Positions 51,338 to 64,000 of a DNA stretch of 64,000 nucleotides are shown in pieces. The notes below the pieces were generated by a model. That model had not been told where the DNA came from. It was given only the letters and a program-made list of their open reading frames with translations, and searched no databases. Each line of letters begins with the position of its first letter. Within the stretch, counting starts at the first letter, position 1. Source of the DNA: Lama glama (lineage: Eukaryota); NCBI GenBank assembly GCA_028534125.1, contig CM052818.1:13270001-13334000 (forward strand), read 5' to 3'. The position numbers and the translations under genes were made by a program.

Positions 51338-52674
51338 ATTATCATGGGGTTCAAATTTTGAATTTAGCCCTATTTTGAATAAGGCACCAACTTTTTTTTT
51401 CCAGTAAAGAGGTTTTGTTTTTGTTTTTAACTACCATCCATCAACACTGTCATTTCATGAAGAAAAAATTTTTATCGTTAAGAAGTAGAAACACAGATTA
51501 GAAGGGGAAAAAAAGTCTGCCTTGTGGGTGTGTACACTCATGCACACACACACACACTTTGCTGTCTTCTCATTTTACCATTAACGTGGAAATGTTTCCA
51601 TGGAATGCCAAGTGGTCCACAAGTTGAATGGGACCCTGATTTATATTATCCTAGAGCTGGCCTCACCTGCACACTAGAGTGCTTCCATACTGTTCCTTGG
51701 CACAGGTAAGCAGGACAGGGATATGCCTCTTCTAGGTCCTGGACCCCTTGGCCACCTGTCTTTCCTGAGCCTCTGAGGAAGAGAAGTGTGGAAGATCCCA
51801 CTGAGCCCCTCTCACTCTGGAGCTGTGCAGTGTTCTCACATCCCCTCTGAGGCTGACTCCCTTGTCCAACCAGGCTTCTGGGTGCAGGCTGCTAGGTGGC
51901 TCTTCCCTGCTGTTTTACTACTTCCCAACATCCCCCATGCCTCCTAATGTCTCTCCCCTCAGCTGGTTAAGCCTTTTGCAGATAGATGCTTATTTATCTG
52001 TAAAATGTTGTTCAGATTATTATTCCCCTTTCATGGATTCATGGATACATAAACTAAGGTCCTGAGAGGTCCAGAGGCTCCCCTGAGGGACCCAGGAATG
52101 AGCCCCTCAGAACGTCCTGTTTGGGTCCCAGGACAGGGTAAGAAACAATAGGAAATGAACGTCTCTAGTAGGCAACAATGTGGCTGCACAAGCAGAACTT
52201 TTCTCCAATGTCCAAAGCAGGACATTATTTTATTCTATGTTAATTCAGTGGATGTTTACTGAGTCTCTGTGCTAGGCACCTAGAATACAAGCATGAAGAA
52301 ATGTAAACTCTCCTCTCAAGGCAGCAGTCTACAATTTATTTCTTCCTATAGCCCAAAGAGAACCTTGTGTAATTTTCTTTCACTACATCAAACCAGACCA
52401 CCAAGTATGATGCAAGTGCCTCAGAAAGGTGGGAAAAGGCAACCACAGGGATATTCAGTGTGAACGGCTCTCGGAGAATTTACACAGTGTTAATCCACAT
52501 GTAAGGACACATTTTCCACAGTTCTTTCTAAGGGGCTCCTCCTTCTCCCTGAGGATGCCTGACTTATTCCCCCCTTGAAGATACGTAAAGAATTTTGGCA
52601 GATTTTTCTTCATGTTAAAATATTCAACAAATGCAAAACCTACTGCCTGAACAAACAGAGGACAGTAAACATGT

Positions 52675-52765
52675 TCTAGTCCTGTCCCAGCCACCAAGTA
52701 AATGAATGCCTGGAGCAAGTCACTTCACCTCTCTAGACCTCCTAATCTCCTCATCTGCAAAACAA
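52675..52765 (+). mobile_element. MIR fragment
   Basis: ggagcaagtcacttcacctctctagacctcctaatctcctcatctgcaaaac. Confidence 0.7.
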
Positions 52766-52789
52766 GTCCATTAAACTAGCCATACCAGT

Positions 52790-53020
52790 GCATGTAGCAC
52801 CGACTATGTGCAGATCTTCAGGGCTCTGCACGTATTAATTCACTTCACCCTCATAACTCTATGACATAGCGTTTTTTTTCATCCCCACTTTACAGATGAG
52901 GAAACTGAGGCACAGAGAGGTTTCAAATAGTCTTGCTCAAAGTCATGTAACTCATAAGTAGCAGAGATGGGATTTGGACATGTTCAGTCTATTTCTAGCA
53001 TCTACACTCTTGACCACTAT
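52790..53020 (-). mobile_element. MIR SINE
   Basis: ccctcataactctatgacatag...ccccactttacagatgaggaaactgaggcacagagagg...agtagcagagatgggatttg. Confidence 0.85.
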
Positions 53021-53789
53021 AATGGACTGCCTTTCAGCAGATGAGGATAACTAGATGGTTCTCAAGTCCCTTTAATGTTTACATTCAATTGATCTATGAG
53101 TTTAAAATGACCCCTAAAGGGGCCAGGTTCTATCTTTTAGGCCAATGGAGCAAAGAGCTTATCAAAAATTATTTATAATTTATCAAGCAAAACTACCAGC
53201 TTATACTACTTTAGAAAATAGAACTTTTCAAAGTACTTTCATATATATGATCACTTTAGGTCCTAACTGGATCTTGACATAGAGAAGGTAATAGCACCAT
53301 CCATGAGACCAGGAAAAAGAAGCTCAGGGAGGTCAGGGCTTGATCATGGCACCCAATAAAACCAGGGGAGGAGTCCCACTTCTCTAGCAAGACCAGGGGC
53401 CTCCAGGCTGTGGCCTGGGGCCCGTGCAACCTGAGTGACACATTTCCTCTAGGAATTCGTCTTGGACTTGGAGAGTAAACTCAGTGAATTCTGAGTAGTG
53501 ACAGAGAAAGGTGCCTTTCCCCCTGAAACTCTCCTCCGTGCCCCTCCATTGCTGGGGCCCTCAAATGGACACCAAGGTGTCTGGCCCTGCAGTCAAGGAA
53601 ATCAGCTCATACAGTCCTGCAAAACGGAGATGCACATGGGGGTTGTTGCAGAATGAGCCGCTCTGACCTTGAACTCCATGTCAGGCCTTCTAAAGAGCTG
53701 TCTAAGCTTGCAGCCTCTGCTAGTTCTGCTTCTTTTTCATCCACATTTCAAGGTAGCTTCTGCCCTCCACTAGAGGAAATTGTGCTCAA

Positions 53790-54185
53790 ACATCACCTGT
53801 AACTTCCTAGTCCAAGAAGCAGCTGCTTGTTCCCTTAATACACCTGGTGCTTTCCCAGGGACCAGCATCTGCTCATATCCTCCCCTGCCCTGGAACATGC
53901 GCCCCTCCATCCTGCCTTCAAATCCTACCCTTGTTTGCAGGCCTACCGCACATGTCACCTCTTCAGGAAGCCTCTCTGAGCCCTTCCAATCAGATGTAAT
54001 CTATTTTTCTTTTATCATCTATAGTATGTTTCTTGTCTCTTTCTCATGACACACTCAACTTCTGCTTTTTTTTTTAAATTATTGCAGTTGGGTTTATACT
54101 TTCTTATCTCTCTCACACTCTGAGTGCTTTTTACTTCCTGGCGATGTTGGGGGCAGTGCCTGGCATTGATAAATATCTGCTTGAC
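53790..54185 (+). mobile_element. L2 LINE 3' fragment
   Basis: ctgctcatatcctcccctgccctggaaca...catgtcacctcttcaggaagcctctctga...cagtgcctggcattgataaatatctg. Confidence 0.65.
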
Positions 54186-55139
54186 CTTAAATTAATCTCT
54201 TCCATTCTGTAGAATGGCTCACCCTGAGAAATTATATGGCAAAGAAGGGGGACAAACAGACTCTAACGTCATCCCCAAATTTCACCAACTGCTTTTTTTT
54301 TTCCAATCAATTCCTGACTGAGTCAGCCCCAGAGGTGAGAACATCCTTTTGGTAACTGCCACGTACATAGCCTATCTCCAAAGAGGTTTCTAGGTGTGAA
54401 CATGTCAGCCTGAGACTCTGCTAATTGGACTTTCAGCTGCTCAAGGTCCAAACTGCACAGCTGCTGCTTTAGCCCAGAAATTGAGAGCTGGGGATGATGT
54501 CAACAAAGGAGTTAGATCAGGAAAATGTCCTCACTCTTCCAGGGCACTCAGTTTTCACTGAAATTCATTGTCCTTACAGGGCGAGAAGGAGGGACCAAGG
54601 GAAGGCTAGCTATGCATTTCGTTCAGCATTTTCCCCTCCTATAGTAACATATTAGAGAAGGGGAATGTTATTTAGAATTTTGACATTTACAAAGAGTTTA
54701 ACTTTAAATTGTTCTGGTGGAAAAGAAAAACCTAATCCTTTCCTCTAAAGACAGTAAAACTGGGCAGCATAAAAATGCCCTCAAGATTTTCAAAGTCTTT
54801 TAGAGTTTCTCCTCACAAATAACTGTGTATGCCATCCTACATGGCAGCACAAAACACCGCAGCCAGCACTTGACTGGTTTTTTCAGCCTCCAGCTCGTGG
54901 ATCCCGAGAACCAGAACCAGAGGATAACGTGTAAGGAGCAGTGCTCTGGGGCCTAGGCTTGGTGGACAAGAGAGTCACCCAGGCCTCTCCCTCTGCCTGC
55001 ATCGAAGCAAAGTTGGAGCACCTCTGGGACTTAGACACCATTCACCAGCAGATGGGTGTCCAGTGTCTGCTTGATCAAATCAGGTACTTCGGAAAGGTTG
55101 AGTCAAAAGGCAAAGGGGCCCTCTTTCTTCCCCACAGAG

Positions 55140-55317
55140 CAATGTTTCTTAATCTTTTTTTCATTATTACTCCTCTAATGAGTCTTTTTAGACTCTTTTC
55201 CTAATTGCTCCTCCTTAACATTTTAATGCCACAGATAGACTGTATATCTGGGTGCTGTGACCATTTGGAGGCCACAAGCCATTGTAATGCCTCAGATTTT
55301 TTGTCCCTCAAACACTG
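55140..55317. mobile_element. hAT-type MER element, family not determined
   Basis: Terminal caatgtttcttaatctttttttcattatt...aaacactg, hAT-like ends. Confidence 0.45.
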
Positions 55318-56390
55318 ATCCCTCACCCTTCCTCTTAAGAAGGCACATCACAGACTTGCCCCTGTGAGTGGAGAAGCAACAGGACACCCCCCAGGCACCA
55401 CCCCCTGGCTTTCTTTTTCATCTTTTCTCTCTCTCTTCTTCAGACTCAGTATGAGCCTTGCAGGCACAGAGCTAGAAGGTGACCCAAGGTGACTGGGTAA
55501 CTGCTCTTTGGAATGTCATGGCAACCCGAGAGCATCAGGGTAGAGAGACTGACAACAAGTCCAGAGAAATGGTGTGTTTCACTCAGTGCAATCTTAGGAT
55601 CCACAGTAGCAAGTGTTGTCCTAATAATTATAAGACATAGATTAATGGGTAAAACTCCCTGCAATAAACTTATCCAAAGAATAGTATTACAGAGTTCAGA
55701 AATTGGTTATTCCATTGCCCCTTTTACCAGCAAAAAGGTATGAAATTGGATTTTTCCTTCCAGCTAATTCATTTTTCCAATATTATAATTAACTAGAAAA
55801 ATAGACCTCCACTTCTGCACCTTCCCTTTTGCCTTCACACTTTACAGGCACAACATAATGATTCTAGCACTTTAGGCTGAAATAAGAAGGCTAACAATAC
55901 ATTAACATTTCCATTATCTATCAGAAAATTGCAGGTCAGCTCCTTGAACCATATGTTGCTCAGCATATTAAATCCTTGAACTCAGCAAAAATGTATAAAT
56001 ACTTTTACTCCTGAAATTATGGTTTAAGAGAGACATGTGGCAGAGTAAATGGGAGATGAGGAGGATAATCAGTTTAGATTGGTCTAAATGGAAGAACAAT
56101 GGATTGCTATTTTTCCTTTATCTAATATAGAAATTGAGTGCCTATGGTACCCATTTTGAGATTCATCTGATACCCATTTTAGTATCAAATAAGTGGCAAT
56201 GAGTAACTTATCAAAAATAAACTTCTCAGCCTTTGGCTGTGTGCTTGTACTTAACCATCTGGTTTATACACATCATCTCAATAGTGCTTCTAGGTGAATC
56301 TCCTTCATAACAGTAACTTTCTCCACAAAATAAAGCAAAAAGTTTTTTATTTTGTGTTTCTGATTAACATTCCTTTAATAGTGTCTATAA

Positions 56391-56570
56391 CAGGGGTTAG
56401 CAAACTAAGGCCTGTGGGCTAAATCCAGTCACACTCATTCATTTCCATATGCTCTATGGCTGATTCCCCTACAAGAGCAGTGCTAAATTAGTTGAAGAAG
56501 AAACTGACTGGCTTGCAAAGCCAAAAATAATTACTGTCCAGCCCTTTTAAAGAAGAAGTTTGCTGAATTC
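56391..56570. mobile_element. MER58A-type hAT element
   Basis: caggggttagcaaactaaggcctgtgggctaaatccag...ggcttgcaaagccaaaaataattactgtccagccctttt...gaagtttgctga. Confidence 0.85.
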
Positions 56571-58536
56571 TACTTTGTGACATGGATTTTTTTTAATAAA
56601 AATTTAAAAAATTTAAAGCTTTTATTTTCATAGTTTTAGAATTCAGAGTTTAGGATTATTTTAGAGCAGAATAATATATAGTTGTTATTCTACTTCTGGG
56701 AATGAAATTTGGAAATATAAACCCATAAATGTAGTAAAAGCATTATTGATAATGATATGGGTTGTATATTGGCCATCTGCTACTTTTGCTGAAAAGCAAT
56801 ATTAAGTTTTCTCTTTGAACAATAACCATGGGTGCCCATTATAGAACAGACGCATTTTCCCGAAGCACAGATGTTCTCATCTTAAGCAAGGAAGCATCTT
56901 TGAGAAATGGACATATAGTAGAACTTTTTACACATGTATATACATTTAACATTAATATCCCAAATGATCTCTTTAAGAATACCAAGGCAAAGAATATAAA
57001 GCAATTAATGCTGTATTGTTGCTGAATGTGGTATTAAGGAAGAATCAGAGATTTCACAAAATGAATATATAGCAATCAGTGATTGCTCTCACCCATGCAT
57101 TAGTAGGTTTGCATCTAAATTTTTTGATGGGATCAATATACTCATTAAATATGCTCATCTTTATTAAATACCTACTATTAAATATATTAAGTATATTAAA
57201 TACCTACTAAATATAGTTTAAGACACAAAGCTATAAAAGACACGGCCCCTGCTCTCAGAGAACTTAAAATCTGGTAGAGATGGTAAGACGTACAGATTCC
57301 TCAAATTCCATTTTACTTTCAAAAATTTCAGCATTTTGGAAACACAGAGGTAAGGAAAGCTTCATACTTGAGTTAAGTGATGACTTGATCAGCATAACTC
57401 GAACAATATGAAAAAAGCCAACTGGATGCACCTCTAAAAAAATTTTCTTTCCTTCCCAGGTGCCATAGTAACTAAAATACTACTATATTTAAAAAATTCA
57501 TTTCTTTAGGTTAATTTCCTTCCAGTACCAGTGGGTTATTATTTAGATCTTCCTAGGCATATTTAATTACTGGAATTTTAGATGTAAAAAATTGCTTAAA
57601 TGAATTACCACAATAGATTATTTTTATTTTTTCTGGTAATCTCACTTAAGATGAAAATGCCCATAGATGATTTAACATGCTGCCATGTTATTTACTTATC
57701 AGATCACTTTCCACTATAAGAAATAGGACCCTCCTCCACCACCAAAAAATTAAAAGAAATAGGACCCCAGCCCTATGAAGGCACTGGGAATTTTGTGCAA
57801 CTAAAAGAGAGATAATACACACAAAGAAAGGGGATCCCACAAAGTAAGCCTAATCTCCTCACAATTTATCAAGACTGGTTGTGTATAAGGAGTTAATGTT
57901 TCCAAGAAAATCAAGAGTCAGAAACTAAGAGAAAGGTGGTCTTCTCAGTTACCCTCACACTCCTGAAAATCAATCAGAGTCAATAGCCATATCGAAGTGG
58001 GATGATGGTGATAAAAGGAAAGAGAAAAAAATTATTTCCCATAAATTCAGCATTATTGATGACTGACCACACAGAGGTTAATGTCCACAACAGGAATGAG
58101 CATTTATAAACTCATGCATTAAAACTCTGTCCTGTTCTAATGCGAAAAATAATCCTTTGTTAACTTAAGATTTTTAATGCCTTGATTATAGGAAGAGCCA
58201 CATGAAATTATTGACTAAGCCCGAAGCAAAATGTAAGGTACTGAAATCATAACACAGTTGTAGGGAATTGAAATGCTTTATTATTCATTGATAGGCACTG
58301 AAAACCATAACAAAGCAAAAGACATCAGTGAACCTATTTCACTGACGTTGTGTGTAAATATGACTTGATTAAATGACTAATAATTTGCCCATCCAGCTAC
58401 AGCTAATCAGTCTATTACAAATCTTAGCAATACATATTTTATTTGCTTTCTACTTTATTTGTTGTATTTATGCGTATTTAAATTAACACATATTATAATT
58501 ATCTTGCTAGGACTGTTTTTCTTGTTTTCTTTCTTT

Positions 58537-58538
58537 GT

Positions 58539-58576
<38 letters not shown>
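58537..58576 (+). repeat. (TG)n microsatellite
   Basis: Near-perfect TG run. Confidence 0.95.
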
Positions 58577-58578
<2 letters not shown>

Positions 58579-58800
58579 AGTTCTATGAAATTTTGTCACA
58601 TGTACAGATTTATGTAACTACCACCACAATCAAGATACAAAACTGATCTATCATCACAAAGTATCCCGTCTACCCCTTTATGGTCACCCTGTCCCTAATA
58701 CCTGGCAACCACTGATCTTGTCTCTGTCTCTATGGCATTGTCATTTTGAAAGAGTTATATAAATGGAATCATACAGGATGTATCTTTTTTGAAGATTCAT
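58575..58800 (-). mobile_element. Old L1 (MB/MC-type) 3' fragment
   Basis: tttatgtaactaccaccacaatcaagataca...cctggcaaccactgatct...tatataaatggaatcatacag, antisense L1 3'UTR motifs. Confidence 0.75.
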
Positions 58801-59857
58801 CTTGTTTTAAAAGTACATATATGACTCATACATATGTATGTGTATATACAAACATATATACAATTGCATACATACATTTACTTGATATAATCTTGCTTCA
58901 AATTTTGTAAAACTGTTTTTTAAATTCAAGATGATTCACAATCTACAGCAAGACTTTAGAGATAGCCCTGGAGATAAATTGCCAGAGCATGAACTGAAGG
59001 CTGAATCATCCCCTGAAAAACAGCAGAGCCCTGTGCTTTTAAAATGGCTCAGTAGCTCTGAGAGCTGGATTCTATGATGAAGCTCAAAAGTACATATAAG
59101 AGTATTTGAGGCAAATCTCCAGAGCCTAGAGCACTGTCGCTGGGAGGTATCACTGGAGAGAATGCACTCCAGGAAGAAAGGCAGCTTTGCTTCCCAAGTG
59201 CGTGCCCATCCTGCCTTCGCTTGCATTTCTAGCAACAGAGAAGACCCATGAGTGATTTTGCTGAACAAGGTGAAGATAAAGAGTTAATGACTTCTAAGCA
59301 GGCCATAAATTAACCCCCCCCCCTTTTTTTTTTTACAAATCTGAAGGAAGAGGTGCTCAGAAGGACTAATGAACACATACCTCTAAAAATAACTTCCCAT
59401 TTAATTAATAGCACACTACACAGTCACTCCAATTAAAATGCTGGCGGGGCTGAAGACCATCAGCTTTACGTCTTTCCATGTTTCTCACCTTAAGTTCCCT
59501 GAAACACTGAAATCATTTGAACTTTATGGGGAAATAGCAGGTAGGTGGCTGAGGAGAATGATGCCAGAGGAAGAAATTAATTTCATTTTAAGCAAGGGAG
59601 AGTCAGTAGTTTAAAAGGCAAGCTGTGTAGGTCAGGGTGAGGAAGGAGAGACCAAAGATGGAAACCGAGTGGCAAAAAGGCATAGTGGCAAAATTCTCCA
59701 GTTCTAAGCAATTTCCTCAGATGGTCTGTGAAGCAGGGAGGAGGCCACCGAACACAGGGAGTAGCCCCCTCTGCCTTTGGAAGGCCAAGAGCAGCTCTGC
59801 CTAGAGAAAGAGTAGGCGACTGTTCAAAATGAAAGGATTTCAAAGATCCTACCCTAA

Positions 59858-60060
59858 ATAACAATAGCCAACATTTGTCGAGTGATTATTGTAAGCCAGG
59901 AGTTGCACTAACTGTGCTAACATTTGTTACCTCATGTAGTACTCACAACAAACCATTTTACAGATGATAACACTAAGGCTTAGAAGAGTTATGTTGCTTG
60001 CCCAGGTCCAGAGCAAGTCAGTGGAGAAGCCGGGAAACAGAGCTAGGCAGATTGAGACAG
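59858..60060 (-). mobile_element. MIR SINE
   Basis: aatagccaacatttgtcgagtg...actcacaacaaaccattttacagatgataacactaaggcttaga...ttgcccaggtc. Confidence 0.75.
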
Positions 60061-62449
60061 TAAGTACTACCTTACTAAGCAAGGACAATTCCTACCTGCA
60101 GGACTTCTGCGACAATTCAAGAGGGCCTGGCACCTACTAGGTGTATAAATGCCCCCCTAAATCTCCCCCAATGGCCTATGTCAGATCCTGAAGAAATCTA
60201 CCAATGAAATTTGTTTCCTTTGGGTAAGACTTTGCATCCATAACTCTGAAAAACAAACAAATTCATGTAGTATATGTTATATGCATACCATGTTCCAGAA
60301 AACTTCTACAAGATTTGAAAAAGGAAAAGTAGAATAGACTTATATGCTCTACGAGCAAATCCATTAAAATATTAAAAAATACACCTCTTCTTGTACACTT
60401 GGTCTTTAATGATATCTTTTCTACATTTGATACATGCTGTCTTTAAGTTTCCATCTAAAATACCAATGAGTGGCTGAACAAGCCTAGCAAGTATTACACT
60501 CAGTGATTTCAAACCTTGTAACATCAGCATTAGCACTTTGATTGTCTCCATTTTTTAAATAACATTTTAAATAGAAAAAGTAAAAGTGAGACAAAGATTT
60601 ATGTATCACCTAAACATTGGTATAGAAAAAGATAGTAATACTCCCAAGTCTAAACTGACAGCCCATCAGCTTGAAATGTTTGTTTGTCATCGTAATTCAG
60701 CATGAGAAATGCAGTTCATGTACATTGATGTTTAATATTGGGGGAACATGGGAAAGTCATGTATTTCATCAAGCCATTTTTACCAACTGCTACCTTTTGG
60801 GATTTAAATTTGTTTAGTTACAAAAACAAATGACTATAGGGTCCAGGCAGAAATGCAAATAATAAGGCAAGCCCAGTATAAGAGTATAAGTCTTTAGGGA
60901 TGAGTGGAGATTGAGGTAAATTCAGGTAGCACCTACCTGTCTGAATTCTTATGAAAGGGGATGCCCACACACTCCTTGTGACTGATTTCACATAACTGAA
61001 GAATGTGTTCATTTTTTCTAAAAGTCCTTTTAAGGCGCAAATCCTCCCATTGAGCAACCAGCCTCCTATGTATCTGAGTTACAGATCTGTGCATTTCCAC
61101 CTGAAGGATGATCTGAATGTAGAACAAACTCCTGTTCAAAACCAATCTTATTATTTTTCCAACCAAACCTATTTCCTTATTCCTTATATTAGTATTACAA
61201 GCCCTATCCATTCAGAAGCCCAGTCTATAAACCTAATAATTATTTTGAATTTCCCTCTCTTCCTCCTCCTTACATCCACTTGTCATGTCCAGCCAATTCT
61301 AGATCAGAAAAGGTCCATCAACTATGAACTGGCCTATATTCTGAGAGTAGCAGAACTAAAGAAGAGAACAAAGGGTCTGCTGGTCACCTGATCACATCCA
61401 AACAGCCCAATGCAGTGCAGCCAGCTGTAAGGACAGGTAACCACAGGGAAGAGCAGTAGTGATGAGAACCTGCCACTTTGAGTGAGGATATTGCTAACCT
61501 CTCACAGGGCCCTGATACTGTAAGAGCAGGTTTGCCATAACCCTGCTCCCCATCCATCAGGGAGCTCAAAGCATATGATGAAGGTGGGAATCACTCAGAG
61601 AGAAAGAAAATCTATGCCAAAATAGGACCAAACCATAACCTGCAGACTACAAATAGAAGAATGAGGAATGCTGGGTTGTACTAATGAGAAAAGGAGATGT
61701 TAACAAAAAGTAAAATAGCAAGGACAATAATAGTCAGAACTTAATTGCTGCCTACAAACAGCATCTGAATCTATGTGACAGTGCTACCTGTGGCTTATCT
61801 CCACAAGTCAAACTTGGAACCAAATGAGCAAAAGAAAACAAAAATGGCATTTGACAGGAAAGATGCTTGCAAGACATTTAATTTTGCGTAAGGAATGTAA
61901 ATTTCCCAATGATTTGACCCAGAACATTAAACCAGCTCATATATTGTTCTAACCAATTAGGCCTTCCTGTATCCACGCTTTTGTACTGCAAACAACTAAA
62001 GCCAGCATGTTCGCTAATCAGGAAAAAATATTCACACAGATTGGTTTATTTCCACTTGTTTATAAAATTATATTTCTAGAAAAAAATAGCGAATAACTTC
62101 TGAAACAGATTTGAGGATCTCTGAAAGTGAAAAGGATGAGCTGTCATTAAATTATACCCATTTGAAACGGAGACATGCCTAAATACTACTTAATGTTTGT
62201 CCCGGGGCTTTTCAACATTTTGAGATTTCAAAATGTGGACTTCCACATATGAGAGCTGTCATTGAGAATTATCCAAGTCCAAAAACAGAGACCTCAACAC
62301 TGTTCTGGTACTTAGTACCTTAGATTTATCAAGATTACAAAAGTGTCTATTTTATAGCTAGGATGAACGTAGAGAAAATCTGTTCTATCCTTTTCAACCT
62401 CCCTTTGGAAATGTAGCAACCTCTGTGGTGGGATTTTTAATAATACTGA

Positions 62450-62602
62450 TAATAATATTAATCAAGTTTTTGTTGAACCCTTACTATGTGCCAGGTGGTA
62501 TGCAAAGCTACTTTTATACTTTATCCCATTCAATCCTCACCAAATTCTATGAGACTATCACAATCACTAACCCCATTTCATAGATGACAAGACTGAAGCT
62601 AC
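62450..62602 (-). mobile_element. MIR SINE
   Basis: ttactatgtgccagg...cccattcaatcctcac...ccccatttcatagatgacaagactgaagct. Confidence 0.75.
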
Positions 62603-64000
62603 TAATTACTGAACATTCTATGGACTCCTGTAGATATGAGAGTATAAGAGCAATGAATAAATGCCCCAACACAAAATCTTCAGATTTTGTCCTATCTCAA
62701 TGGAATAACAACTGTCACCTCTTACGCCCTCAGAAAAATATCTTCATTAGGAACAGAACTTCATATCCAAGCATTTTCCTACAAAAGTTCAAGTATATCA
62801 CCCTGAGATTGATTCAGTATCTTCTTTAGCATTTAGTTCATTTCATTGCTCTTAGACTTTCCAGAATATAAAGATATAAATTAGAGTAATGTTTTAAGGG
62901 TCTCCTGTGTGCTGTGAGAAATTATAAGAAAGTATCTTTCATATTCTGCAGATATAAACCCAGAGCAAATATACAAATAGCTGATAAGGGTGTGACTGGG
63001 ATTTAGATCTGGGTCTTCTAATTCCAAAAGGAGGGTAAGAGATTGGACTCAGTTAATTGGCTTGCAACTGTGGGAAAAAAAATATTTCACAACAAAACTA
63101 TATTGAAACAAAGAGCCAAAGGGTGGATAGTTTATTGAAGGGTTTTTGTTATTTATTCAATTCCTGGATCTGGATGGCAACACATAGAATGTTGTCCTGG
63201 TCCCAAGCTTCTTACGACAATTCCAACATGGGTTTCAAATGAGATGTGAATTCTAAAAGTTGGCAGCCCCATAATCTTGCTTTCTGCAACATGCAATGTC
63301 TTCCCCTCATATTTCTATCCAAATCAGCATCAGGAGACATAAAAAAGAGGCCTCAAATTAAAGCAAAGAAAAAGGGGGAATGGGAAATCACACTAACAGG
63401 AACAATCTTGATTCTATCGACTGTTTTTTAATCTGTGGCTGTGCCCAATACTATTATCATGAACTTATAATTCAACCAATGAAGTCAATAATGCTAAATG
63501 ATCTACGTTGTTGACATTTTGCAGCAACTGAATTTAGAATTCTGCTGTTCTAAAGGTAGCAGCAGCAGATACTCAGAAATGTATAGCATGAGTGTATTCA
63601 CTAATGTCTTTTCATTCTGAATCCCCTGAATTGATCTCCCAGTTTCAAAAACTATTCCTGGACCCCAAATACCAGGTGAACCATACAATGTAGATCAATA
63701 AATTTTTCGAGTGCAATAATTGTTTCTCTCTGGGAGATTCCCATTAGTCCCAGAAGGAAGAACACTTTGATTGACCTCGAGGAACACAGCAGATGTGGAT
63801 AAGCTGTGTGTGCTGCTGACCTTATCAGAAGAAAGCCAGGCCTTGAAAATCACAGGGGAACACCCTGGGCATGTGCATGTTGGCTGTGGGAAACCAAACA
63901 GCTGGTCAAGTGTGTACTCTCTTTAAAAACCAACCAAGCCAAAAAAGGCAGACTATGAGAGGGGAAAAGAGAAAAAGAAATATGTGCATTAATAATATCT

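Noticed and set aside
57160..57215. Repeated tattaaatacctacta units
   Set aside because: Small AT-rich slippage duplication, probably in an L2 tail; no array or spacer structure.
1..64000. CRISPR arrays, tRNA/rRNA genes, operon-like or viral coding systems, processed pseudogenes
   Set aside because: No regularly spaced repeats, structured RNA gene signatures, long ORFs or recognisable protein homology other than L1/L2; the sequence is eutherian non-coding DNA. Very short or diverged exons could have been missed without a search.

Overview
Mammalian non-coding DNA, either intergenic or inside a very large intron. The repeat content (MIR, L2, CR1/L3, MER5/MER3/MER58/MER103-type hAT elements, an MLT-type LTR) is eutherian. 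The youngest L1 3' end resembles camelid L1 as I remember it, so Camelus/Vicugna is a tentative guess. I found no protein-coding exon, RNA gene or prokaryotic-type system; the supplied ORFs are chance ORFs or decayed L1/L2 fragments. Main points: (1) a ~340-bp local inverted duplication, ~89% identical by hand alignment (22373-22710 / 24718-25056), whose ~2-kb spacer holds an L1 with its target-site duplication intact; (2) a candidate non-CpG-island promoter and uORF-rich non-coding exon at ~42.55-43.19 kb in a repeat-poor block, gene unidentified; (3) an E-box/RFX/SOX motif cluster at ~37.86-38.09 kb; (4) a well-formed 81-nt non-coding candidate exon; (5) a 22-bp micro-insertion with a 14-bp target-site duplication. 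Repeat family names come from remembered consensus motifs, not a search, and boundaries of old repeats are approximate.
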